Below, one piece after another: positions 20,425 through 29,618 of a stretch of 64,000 bases of DNA; position 1 is the first letter of the stretch, and each line of letters opens with the position of its first letter. Origin of the DNA: Planctomycetota bacterium. GTDB taxonomy: Bacteria > Planctomycetota > JAJSAM01 > JAJVHW01. A program made the translations under genes and the position numbers. The notes under the pieces were generated by a model. It saw nothing but the letters and a program-made list of their open reading frames with translations. It made no database searches and was not told the DNA's origin. The stretch lies in assembly GCA_965248445.1 (NCBI GenBank), contig CBDFJG010000004.1, positions 96,001 to 160,000 of the forward strand, written 5' to 3'.

Positions 20425-20919
20425 ATGAGAAGCTTGACGATCGCCACTTACACTCTCGCGGCGCTCGTAGTGTCCGCATGCGAAGCCATACCCACGGTCT
20501 ACATGTCCGTTCAAAGTTCGACGGAGGACCGGCCTGTCGTGTTCGTCAAAACCGACCGACCTGAGCCGGATCTCGACGTACTCGTCGAACGAGGCGTCCC
20601 TAGTGCCCTGATCAGCGTCACTGCTTGGACGGACGACTGCATGAGCAATGCGGCAACTGTGGATGGCCTCAACCGCAGCGCGAATGGGACTGGCAGTGTC
20701 GGGCACGGCAACGGTGACGATTGGCCTGTTGTCATGCGAACATCCGGAACCGGTCGTGCCCGATACGCCGAACTTCGACTGCGTCCGTTGCCGATCATCC
20801 CGTTCGCTCCGGTGCGTCGTTGTGTCACGGTCTCCGCGAGAGGGCATCAGACTCGAACATTCGAGATCGAGTTCACAATTGGTCAACACATCCTGGAGAT
20901 TCCACTGAAGCGCGAGTGA
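20425..20919 (+). CDS. Lipoprotein, candidate immunity protein for RHS2
   Basis: Lipobox VVSAC; GAGGAG RBS; starts 10 nt after the RHS2 stop. Confidence 0.65.
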   Translation: MRSLTIATYTLAALVVSACEAIPTVYMSVQSSTEDRPVVFVKTDRPEPDLDVLVERGVPSALISVTAWTDDCMSNAATVDGLNRSANGTGSVGHGNGDDWPVVMRTSGTGRARYAELRLRPLPIIPFAPVRRCVTVSARGHQTRTFEIEFTIGQHILEIPLKRE

Positions 20920-21220
20920 GACGACGTTGTGGTCGTCGTCCCGCAGAAGTGGGGATACTGCCAAGGACGCCTCCTCGGCGGCAATTGGACCCGCGGAGCA
21001 AGTGGTCGTGCGCGGCAGTACCGAGGAGGCGCGCGACGACGAATTGGCCGATGCCTTCTGCTGGTACCCGGTCACGTCTTCGGGTCGGTAGACGCCGCGT
21101 ACGGAGGTGTGCGGGATTGCGCCTCCGGCGTGTGCCTCTTCCTCGCCATCTGCTGCCTCCTCCTGAGGCCCGGATCCTCACATCAGGTCCGGACCGGATC
21201 CAGGGGGGGCAGGTCACTAG

Positions 21221-21403
21221 CCGCATCTGTTCACGAGACGTCGCGATGACGGTGCTTTCGGAGTCCACAGGGTCAGATCTTGGCCAGGCGAGGGCGGATG
21301 CTGTCGTCGTTGCCACAAGGGCAACGCGAGTGAGCGGCCGAAACGGCGCGGATTCTGCGGTGTGGGCAGACCGTAGGCCGGGCGGTGGTGTGGCGGACGG
21401 CGC
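21221..21403 (-). mobile_element. IS1380 copy A2 terminal remnant (~183 bp), truncated by IS66
   Basis: Apparently identical to 7669-7851 (ccgcatctgttcacgagacg...ggacggcgc); preceded by CTAG. Confidence 0.92.
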
Positions 21404-22935
21404 GTACCCGTTCAGGGTATGACGATCCGCGGCCTCAGCGCGTGATCGGGAGCGCGACGAGAGCCGGCGGCGAGCGGTTGTGCGCGAGTGCCGCGCTGAC
21501 GTCTGCGAGGTAATCGAAGACGCTCTCGCCACGCTGGCGGAGCGTGGCGGTGACGGTCAGGATGCGCTCGACGAAGCGGAGTCCGCGCTCGCTCTGACTT
21601 CCGTGCGTTGCGCGTCTCCACAGGACCGGCTTGCGCACCGCGCGCTCAGCGGCGTTGTTCGTCGGGGAGACGCCAGGGACGTCGGCGAAGGTCCACAGAG
21701 CCTCCGCTCGGTCGAGCAGATGCCGAGTCGTTCCGCGTACTCGGCGGTGCTTGCTGTCTGCGCCGCGCACGAGCAGCGTCAGGAGTCGGTCCCATGTGAG
21801 ACGCAGCTCACGCCGCATGCGGTCGCGGTCCCCGTGCTCGCCGAAGTGACGCTGAGCTCGCATGACAGCCTGGGCGAGACGCACGGCCTGCTTGCCGAAG
21901 CGCCGGCCGCCGCGCGAGCCCTCGGCCAGCGCTCGAAAGTCCCTCTCGAGATGCGCCCAGCAGATCTGGCGGCGCTCGGTGGGATGCTGGTCGTAAGCGC
22001 CCATACGGTCGGTCACGAGGACGCCCCTGAAGCGCTTGCCCACGAGTCGCCGCATGGCCTTGGCGCTCCTGCGCCGATCGATACGATGGACCGTGGCGTG
22101 CTCACAGACCGCGCTCCACAGCCAATGCAGCGTGCCACGACGCGACCACGGTGTCTCGTCTACATAGGCGACGCTGCTCGTGCGTACGGCCCCGAGGGCC
22201 TCGATGTGCGCTGAGGAGATGGCTCCCGACACCCGCTCCTCGATCGCACTGACCGTGCCCGGTGACATCGAGACGCCGATGACGTCACGCAACAGACGAC
22301 TGGTCTCGCGCCGCGACAGGCGGAAGACGCCGACCAGAGCCGCGGTGAGCGCACAGAGTCGCGGGCCGAAGGGACTCGCCGTCACACCGCTTGGCAGCGA
22401 GGCAGTGGACGTGGCGCCACAGTCCGTGCACCGTGCCCGGTGCAACCGGTGCTCGGTCACCTGGATCAGCCGTGGCGGGACCTCGAAGACCTGCTGGCGT
22501 GTCGGGGCGCGATCGATCGGGACGAGCACGTCGCTCCCACACGCGCTGCACTCGCGCGGGCGGTGGTCCTCTACGCCATCGACCTCGGACTCGTCCACGA
22601 GCTTGCGCGTCGCCCCTTTGTGGCCGGGCTGCGCACCCTGGCGCTTGTCCGACGGCGGCTTGCGCCGCCGCCGCTTCTTGGACCACGACGGATCCGAGGA
22701 CGGTGGGCGCGAGGAGGTGCGGGAGTCCCGGCGAAGACGGCTCTCGAGATCGTCGATCCGTGCCGCCTGCCGCTCGATCACCTCCGCCTGCTCGGCAATC
22801 GTCTCGTCCCGAGCGTCCAGACGACGGGTCAGGCGCTCGACCAGATCACGCAGCTCATCGGTGCCCACATCCGATTCATCGACCGAACGGAAAGCGATCT
22901 GGATCCGAGCTCAGAACCAAGGGCTGAACGGGTAC
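21404..22935 (-). mobile_element. IS66-family element, single-ORF (ISBst12-like), copy 1
   Basis: Terminal IRs gtacccgttcag / ctgaacgggtac; only a TnpC ORF is present. Confidence 0.92.
21435..22868 (-). CDS. tnpC: IS66-family transposase TnpC
   Basis: Coiled coil, SSRPPSSD, GAQPGHKG, CxxC fingers, VDET, QICWAHLERDF and TNNAAERAVR. Confidence 0.95.
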   Translation of the reverse strand: MGTDELRDLVERLTRRLDARDETIAEQAEVIERQAARIDDLESRLRRDSRTSSRPPSSDPSWSKKRRRRKPPSDKRQGAQPGHKGATRKLVDESEVDGVEDHRPRECSACGSDVLVPIDRAPTRQQVFEVPPRLIQVTEHRLHRARCTDCGATSTASLPSGVTASPFGPRLCALTAALVGVFRLSRRETSRLLRDVIGVSMSPGTVSAIEERVSGAISSAHIEALGAVRTSSVAYVDETPWSRRGTLHWLWSAVCEHATVHRIDRRRSAKAMRRLVGKRFRGVLVTDRMGAYDQHPTERRQICWAHLERDFRALAEGSRGGRRFGKQAVRLAQAVMRAQRHFGEHGDRDRMRRELRLTWDRLLTLLVRGADSKHRRVRGTTRHLLDRAEALWTFADVPGVSPTNNAAERAVRKPVLWRRATHGSQSERGLRFVERILTVTATLRQRGESVFDYLADVSAALAHNRSPPALVALPITR

Positions 22936-23171
22936 GAAAGTTTCGGCAGCCCTCTAGCTGGCCGCGCCGGGTCCCCGGGATCTCCCGCTCCGGTCTCGGC
23001 ACCGGCGTCTCTCTGTGTAGAAGCCGAGCGGCGCCACCTCGCCGCGGGGGCAGCAGTCGCGGAAGTCAACACAGCGGGAGTTACCAATTCCGAGCGTTTA
23101 GGTCGCGCGCATTGGGCGCAACGCCGAGCCTCGGGGCAACGGGGTCCCCCCCCGGTTAGTGGAGAAGAACC

Positions 23172-23543
23172 ATGAGACTACGCGCGATCACGGGTGCGTC
23201 TTGCGCTGTGGCGGTCATCGCCGGTTGTTTGATGATCACAGCCGAACCAGCGACGGCACACAGTGGCTCCGAGCCGACTAAGGTCAGGAAGTGCGAGGAC
23301 TACTCGCCGTTCCAGAGTGATGGCACGAACTGCCACATCATCGTCGTCAGCAACACGCAAGGCGCTGGAAGCAGCTCCTCGCAGACCGTCACGGTCACGT
23401 ATGCGAACGGGACTCAGACGACAAGCACGCTGACAGGCGGCCAGTCGACCAACATCGAGACGAATGTCACGCAGGTGACGATCCACGAGACCATTACGCC
23501 CAAGTCCGGTTCGCAGACCGACTTCGGACACCCGACTCCGTAG
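23172..23543 (+). CDS. Small exported Thr/Ser-rich beta protein
   Basis: Signal peptide ending ATA; GGAG RBS; two Cys in the mature part. Confidence 0.7.
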   Translation: MRLRAITGASCAVAVIAGCLMITAEPATAHSGSEPTKVRKCEDYSPFQSDGTNCHIIVVSNTQGAGSSSSQTVTVTYANGTQTTSTLTGGQSTNIETNVTQVTIHETITPKSGSQTDFGHPTP

Positions 23544-23583
23544 GGTCTGCGGAAGGCCACGACAAGAGAGGAGGTCCGGCCAC

Positions 23584-25239
23584 GTGAATTCCAAGCTGCG
23601 TCTTTCCACAATCGCTGTTGGCTTCGTGTTGATTGCGGGCCTCCTCCACTTCTGCGGGGCGTTCGAGGGCGCCAGCTCCCCCGACACAGCACTTGCGCCC
23701 GCCAGTGTCGAACCGGGCCAACGCCCGAGGACCAATCGACGGAGGGACGAACCGGCGTGGACCGAGTCCTTCGCCGACCTCGCAAAGCGCGCCGAAAGGG
23801 CGCAAGCAGAAGCCGCGGAAAATGCTCTGAACGCTCACGAGAACCTTGCCCGACTGCACGGCCAAGTATTCGGTCCCGACGGGAAGGCGGTCTCCGCCCG
23901 CGTATTTCTGCTGCGCGGCGGCGAAGTCTTGGGCGCGGTTCTTGCTGACCGCACGACCGAAGCCGATGGTCGTTTCCAACTGGCCGTGCCGTATTCATTC
24001 GACGACGCGACGACGGAGGCGATCATCGGCGCTGTCGCGGACGGAATGCTCCGTCACACTCAGGCAGTGACGCTGACCCCGACGTCGGATGCTGCTGTAG
24101 ATCTCCATCTGCAGGCCGGAATGAGCCTGCGCGGCAGGATCGTCACAGAAGACGGCGCACCCGTCCCCAACTTGCGCGTCTACGTTGCTTGCGGGAACCT
24201 TCCTCGCGGCATGGTATCTGGACACACGTTCGCCAAAGACGGGCAACTTCTGGCGCCGACGAGCAATGGTTATCACGAGGCGCGGCTCGTGACCGACGCG
24301 CGTGGTGAGTTCACAGCGAAGGGCCTCGGCAAGGGGCTCTACGCAGTGTTCAGCATGGACCCTGCGTGGTTCGTGTCGCACTCACGGCGCCATGAGCCCG
24401 GAGCCTCGGAGACGACGGAGTGGATCGCGCATCGCGCTCTGACCGTCGTGGGTTCGGTGCAGTCGAAGGCAACCGGAGAACCCGTGCCAGAGTTCGAGTT
24501 CTCCGCCAAGATCCAGTCATCGGAACGTCCGAACTACAACCTGAGCGGGCGTTGCCTCGATGGCAAGTTGTATGTCTCGTGGAAGCCCCAGTTCGAGGAG
24601 TCCGAACACGGTTGCCGAGTCATGGTCAAGATCGAGGCGGACGGGTACCACCCTGCTGAGGCGTCGCGCGAGTTCCGTGCGGGTTCCGCAACGACCGAGA
24701 TGACGTTCGCGCTGGAGCGGCGTGAGACCTCGGGAATTACGCTGAACGTCGTCGGTCCGAGCGGATCGCCAGTCGACTTCCCCCTGAACGCTGATGCAGT
24801 CGATCGGTACGATCAGTCCGTCCGGATTTCGCCGGTCACCGTGCGAGCCGTCGGGCCGGGACGCTACGAGATGGAGCTTCCCGCCGGGCAGTGGTTCGTG
24901 CGCGTCCACTCCACCGCTCCCCACGGTCGCAACGTGAAGTGGGACGGCGAGGTGGGAGTCTCCACGACTGGCGAGAGTTCCGCGTGGTGCTCATTGTCTG
25001 AGTTCGGGACGCTCCGAGTCGCGTTGCCGACGCCGTCCGAAGAGGCTCAGGAGACCGTTTGGTTGCGGGTCGGGTCTCGCGATGGCAAGAGCACCGGACT
25101 TTACGAGTTCCGGCGAGGACAACTCGAACTGAAAGGCTTCCCGGTCGGCGAATGGGTAGCGAGCGTCGTCGGGAGTCGTCGCGAGGTGGAGTTCAGTATT
25201 CGGGCCGATGAAGCGACCAGCATCGAGTTGAGCCCATGA
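23584..25239 (+). CDS. Membrane-anchored carboxypeptidase-regulatory-like (beta-sandwich repeat) protein
   Basis: Repeated GQVFGPDGKAV, GRIVTEDGAPV and TDARGEF units; N-terminal hydrophobic segment. Confidence 0.75.
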   Translation: MNSKLRLSTIAVGFVLIAGLLHFCGAFEGASSPDTALAPASVEPGQRPRTNRRRDEPAWTESFADLAKRAERAQAEAAENALNAHENLARLHGQVFGPDGKAVSARVFLLRGGEVLGAVLADRTTEADGRFQLAVPYSFDDATTEAIIGAVADGMLRHTQAVTLTPTSDAAVDLHLQAGMSLRGRIVTEDGAPVPNLRVYVACGNLPRGMVSGHTFAKDGQLLAPTSNGYHEARLVTDARGEFTAKGLGKGLYAVFSMDPAWFVSHSRRHEPGASETTEWIAHRALTVVGSVQSKATGEPVPEFEFSAKIQSSERPNYNLSGRCLDGKLYVSWKPQFEESEHGCRVMVKIEADGYHPAEASREFRAGSATTEMTFALERRETSGITLNVVGPSGSPVDFPLNADAVDRYDQSVRISPVTVRAVGPGRYEMELPAGQWFVRVHSTAPHGRNVKWDGEVGVSTTGESSAWCSLSEFGTLRVALPTPSEEAQETVWLRVGSRDGKSTGLYEFRRGQLELKGFPVGEWVASVVGSRREVEFSIRADEATSIELSP

Positions 25240-25393
25240 GTTATCGAGTTACCGCATGGATGGCCCTGGCCATTGCCTTGGGGGCGTGCTCGCGCTACGA
25301 GCCAGAGCATCCTGAGCCGCACTCTTCTGATGCGCACGACCACCACCATCACGGCGTTCACGTGGGAGCAACCGATGGCCTCGGAGTGGATGG
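25236..25393 (+). pseudogene. His-rich lipoprotein 5' fragment, cut by IS66 copy 2
   Basis: Lipobox ALGAC and HDHHHH; the frame runs into the IS66 IR at 25394. Confidence 0.65.
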
Positions 25394-26872
25394 GTACCCG
25401 TTCAGCCCTTGGTTCTGAGCTCGGATCCAGATCGCTTTCCGTTCGGTCGATGAATCGGATGTGGGCACCGATGAGCTGCGTGATCTGGTCGAGCGCCTGA
25501 CCCGTCGTCTGGACGCTCGGGACGAGACGATTGCCGAGCAGGCGGAGGTGATCGAGCGGCAGGCGGCACGGATCGACGATCTCGAGAGCCGTCTTCGCCG
25601 GGACTCCCGCACCTCCTCGCGCCCACCGTCCTCGGATCCGTCGTGGTCCAAGAAGCGGCGGCGGCGCAAGCCGCCGTCGGACAAGCGCCAGGGTGCGCAG
25701 CCCGGCCACAAAGGGGCGACGCGCAAGCTCGTGGACGAGTCCGAGGTCGATGGCGTAGAGGACCACCGCCCGCGCGAGTGCAGCGCGTGTGGGAGCGACG
25801 TGCTCGTCCCGATCGATCGCGCCCCGACACGCCAGCAGGTCTTCGAGGTCCCGCCACGGCTGATCCAGGTGACCGAGCACCGGTTGCACCGGGCACGGTG
25901 CACGGACTGTGGCGCCACGTCCACTGCCTCGCTGCCAAGCGGTGTGACGGCGAGTCCCTTCGGCCCGCGACTCTGTGCGCTCACCGCGGCTCTGGTCGGC
26001 GTCTTCCGCCTGTCGCGGCGCGAGACCAGTCGTCTGTTGCGTGACGTCATCGGCGTCTCGATGTCACCGGGCACGGTCAGTGCGATCGAGGAGCGGGTGT
26101 CGGGAGCCATCTCCTCAGCGCACATCGAGGCCCTCGGGGCCGTACGCACGAGCAGCGTCGCCTATGTAGACGAGACACCGTGGTCGCGTCGTGGCACGCT
26201 GCATTGGCTGTGGAGCGCGGTCTGTGAGCACGCCACGGTCCATCGTATCGATCGGCGCAGGAGCGCCAAGGCCATGCGGCGACTCGTGGGCAAGCGCTTC
26301 AGGGGCGTCCTCGTGACCGACCGTATGGGCGCTTACGACCAGCATCCCACCGAGCGCCGCCAGATCTGCTGGGCGCATCTCGAGAGGGACTTTCGAGCGC
26401 TGGCCGAGGGTCATGCGAGCTCAGCGTCACTTCGGCGAGCACGGGGACCGCGACCGCATGCGGCGTGAGCTGCGTCTCACATGGGACCGACTCCTGACGC
26501 TGCTCGTGCGCGGCGCAGACAGCAAGCACCGCCGAGTACGCGGAACGACTCGGCATCTGCTCGACCGAGCGGAGGCTCTGTGGACCTTCGCCGACGTCCC
26601 TGGCGTCTCCCCGACGAACAACGCCGCTGAGCGCGCGGTGCGCAAGCCGGTCCTGTGGAGACGCGCAACGCACGGAAGTCAGAGCGAGCGCGGACTCCGC
26701 TTCGTCGAGCGCATCCTGACCGTCACCGCCACGCTCCGCCAGCGTGGCGAGAGCGTCTTCGATTACCTCGCAGACGTCAGCGCGGCACTCGCGCACAACC
26801 GCTCGCCGCCGGCTCTCGTCGCGCTCCCGATCACGCGCTGAGGCCGCGGATCGTCATACCCTGAACGGGTAC
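25394..26872 (+). mobile_element. IS66 copy 2 (inverted relative to copy 1) with a 53-bp frameshifting deletion
   Basis: Same IRs and sequence as copy 1 except the 53 nt missing after ctggccgaggg (~26410); 1479 bp versus 1532 bp. Confidence 0.92.
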
Positions 26873-27969
26873 GCGCGCGTTGTCCTTGTTCACCTTCCCG
26901 GTGGCGACCAGCACTTGCGCCTTGAAGACCACGCGGCGGGACCTGCTCCAGCTCTTCGCCCGGTACTCGCAGTCGCCGTAGATCTGCGCCGTCTTGTCTT
27001 CCATCGCCGCCAGCACCGCAGCCGCTGTCATCTCGGCGTCGCACAGATCCAGGAGCCGCTTGTTCTTGGGCATCCCGACCACGTACTTCACGCCGAGTTC
27101 GTCCAGCGCGTCGAAGAGCCGCGAGCCGGCGAAGCCGCTGTCCAGGCGCACGAGGATCTGCGTGCGCGGAAACGCACGCCGAAGTCGCTTCACCATCCGG
27201 CGGATCGTCCGCAGCGACGTGCGGCCCTCCTTCGCGTTGCCCGGCCGCAGCCGCGCACAGAAAAGGTACTGCTCCGGATCGCCGTCGACCGTGAGGAAGC
27301 CGAAAACCGGCAGGTAGCACCACGTGTCGTAGAAGCCGTTGAAGAGCGCTCCCTGCTGTGCACCGTGGGTCGGGTCACAGCTCGGGTCCATGTCGATCGT
27401 GATGCGCCGGGCCCCCCGGTGGCGAGCGCAAAGACGCTCGATCACGTCCTCCTCGAGCTTGCGCGACAAGGCCACGAGCTCGTGCGCCGTGACCGCGTTC
27501 TCGAAGCGCGACAGCGTCGCCTGAGACGCCAGGTCGGCGCCCTTGATCGGCGCGCGGCCCGTGACCCCCTTGAGCATCGGGTCGGTGCCCACGCGAGCCG
27601 CGTCGTTCTGGTCGCTGTAGCCCAGGCCGATCGAGAAGACGCGCTGCCGAAAGAGCTCCTCCAACGAGTGCTGCACCCGCGTCGGGTCACGACGATCCAC
27701 CAACAGCGCAGCCAGACCTGCGGTCACTCCCATTCGACGGTCCACCGCGCGCAGCAGTCCCGCGCCTCCCTCGGACGTGTGCGCTTCGCCGTCGAACACG
27801 GCCGTGGTGACCTTCCCGAAGAGATCGGGAAACCGGACAGTGTGTGGGGTAGAATTCGTCACTCGGGCGTACCTCTCGCATCTGTGTAACTATTGCTCTA
27901 ACAACAGTTTATGCAATGCGCGGTGCGCCCGAATCTACGTTCCGGGCGTGGCATGATGAATTATGCAGG
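26873..27969 (-). mobile_element. IS1380-family element B, 3'-truncated (transposase pseudogene starting at 27862)
   Basis: TSEGGAGLL, QRVFSIGLGYSD, HGAQQGALFNGFY and RLDSGF; outer IR atgaattatgcagg followed by CTAG; the C-terminus is cut at IS66. Confidence 0.88.
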
Positions 27970-28834
27970 CTAGCCACCCGTCCGGGATGTCCGCGGGATC
28001 GGGGCGCGTGAACATGCGGGGGTCGGCGGCCGGGAGGACGTCTTCGCCCACGCCGTCCCGGACGAAGAAAGCGTTGATGCGGTGCTGGTTGCAGCCGACC
28101 AGTCGGTAGCCCTTGCGCTCAGCGAGCTTCACTAGGGCGCCCAGGGACGCGCCTCCGACCGTCGGGCCGATCTGTACGAAGTTCGGCTCGTAGCGGACCG
28201 TCACCGACTGTTCGGCGGCGAAGCGCGCGTTGTACTCGATCACGACAATCCGCGGTTCGACGCAGGTGATCGCTTCCCAGATCCAGTAGTCGACACCGTC
28301 GACGTCGATCGACAGGACGTCGATCTCACCGCGGAACCCGTTGCCGCTGATCAGGCCGTCGACGTTGCCGCGGTCCACCCACCCCGTGACCATGCGTGGC
28401 TGGTGGGATCGGGTGTCGCGGCACATTCCGTAGAAGCGCCGGCCCAGGTCGAGCTGCCGCGCACGGGCGTCCAGGAGCAGTCCGCGGAAGCCGTGATTGA
28501 TGACCAGGTTGGCGGTGTTGCACTCCACGCCGCTGCCACAGCCGACCTCGACTGAACGCCGTGTCGCCATACCGGTCTTCGTCAGCAGGTAGAGCAGCAC
28601 ACCGTCTTCGCCGTTCTGCGAGAACGAACGGAACTCGATGTCCTGCCACGACGGGGCCGTTCCGTTCATGCCGCGGTACGCGTGCATCAGAAGCAGTTGG
28701 TTCTGGCGGTCGATAGCGCCCACGCGGTCGAGGCGCTTGCGATAGTCCGCGACCACGTGGTCGACGCTGAACAGGCGCGGCAGGCCGCGCAGCAGTTTCT
28801 TCGTCCACTTCTCGGTTAGCCGGGCCAACTGCAT
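27935..28834 (-). CDS. FkbM-related methyltransferase-like protein; last codons supplied by IS1380-B
   Basis: FSQNGEDG, VEVGCGSG, SIDVDGVDYWIW, GASL and NAFFVR motifs. Confidence 0.75.
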   Translation of the reverse strand: MQLARLTEKWTKKLLRGLPRLFSVDHVVADYRKRLDRVGAIDRQNQLLLMHAYRGMNGTAPSWQDIEFRSFSQNGEDGVLLYLLTKTGMATRRSVEVGCGSGVECNTANLVINHGFRGLLLDARARQLDLGRRFYGMCRDTRSHQPRMVTGWVDRGNVDGLISGNGFRGEIDVLSIDVDGVDYWIWEAITCVEPRIVVIEYNARFAAEQSVTVRYEPNFVQIGPTVGGASLGALVKLAERKGYRLVGCNQHRINAFFVRDGVGEDVLPAADPRMFTRPDPADIPDGWLACIIHHATPGT

Positions 28835-28922
28835 CTCCTCGCCCCGCAGGATCGCCAACGAACATGAACACTGAGTGACGCCTTCCCCACCTCGCGTGGA
28901 TGTTGCTAAGTTCCGCCGCAAC

Positions 28923-29612
28923 ATGAGCAGCGTTCGCCCCGAACCGCCGAAGAGCTCTGACGATCTCTTGGACTTCGCAATCGAGGTCTTGAACGAAGCG
29001 GCACCCGGCCGTGGCACGCTGCTCGACCTCCCGTGCGGCACCGGCCACCTCTCGATGCGGGCGCGGGAGACCGGATGGCACATCCTCCCCTGCGACCTGC
29101 ACCCTGACTTCTGGGAGGGTGACCCGGACGTTGCGGTGCAGCGCTGCAACTTCAACGAACTGCTGCCGTTCGACGAGGACAGCGCCGATGCGATCGCGCA
29201 CTGCGAGGGAATCGAGCACGTCGAGAACCCGTGGCAGATCCTGCGCGAGTTCCGCCGCGTGCTGCGCCCGGGCGGCACACTGGTGCTGTCGTTCCCGAGC
29301 ACGATCGACGTGCGGCAGCGGCTGCGCATGCTGCGCCGCGGTTACATCGGGCATTACCTGCCACGCGTCCCGGAGCACGTCAACCCGATGGGCACGTTCT
29401 ATCTGTGCCATGCGCTGATCCGCACCGGCTGGGCGATCGAGTCCGTGTCGACGCGTCAGAACTACGGAGGCATTGCGCACCGTGTGCTGGCGCGTTTCAT
29501 GGGTTTCGGGAAGCACTGCGGCCTGCCCAACGACGTCCGCGAGATGCTCTCGCGTTCGGATGTCCTGCGGGCCCGCACGGTGTACGTCGTGGCGCGGCCG
29601 GTCGGCGACTGA
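28923..29612 (+). CDS. Class I SAM-dependent methyltransferase
   Basis: LLDLPCGTG, EGIEHVENP and RVLRPGG. Confidence 0.88.
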   Translation: MSSVRPEPPKSSDDLLDFAIEVLNEAAPGRGTLLDLPCGTGHLSMRARETGWHILPCDLHPDFWEGDPDVAVQRCNFNELLPFDEDSADAIAHCEGIEHVENPWQILREFRRVLRPGGTLVLSFPSTIDVRQRLRMLRRGYIGHYLPRVPEHVNPMGTFYLCHALIRTGWAIESVSTRQNYGGIAHRVLARFMGFGKHCGLPNDVREMLSRSDVLRARTVYVVARPVGD

Positions 29613-29618
29613 CGCTCG

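Noticed and set aside
21404..26872. IS66 composite transposon inserted as one unit
   Set aside because: Outer 8-bp flanks do not match and belong to two different IS1380 elements.
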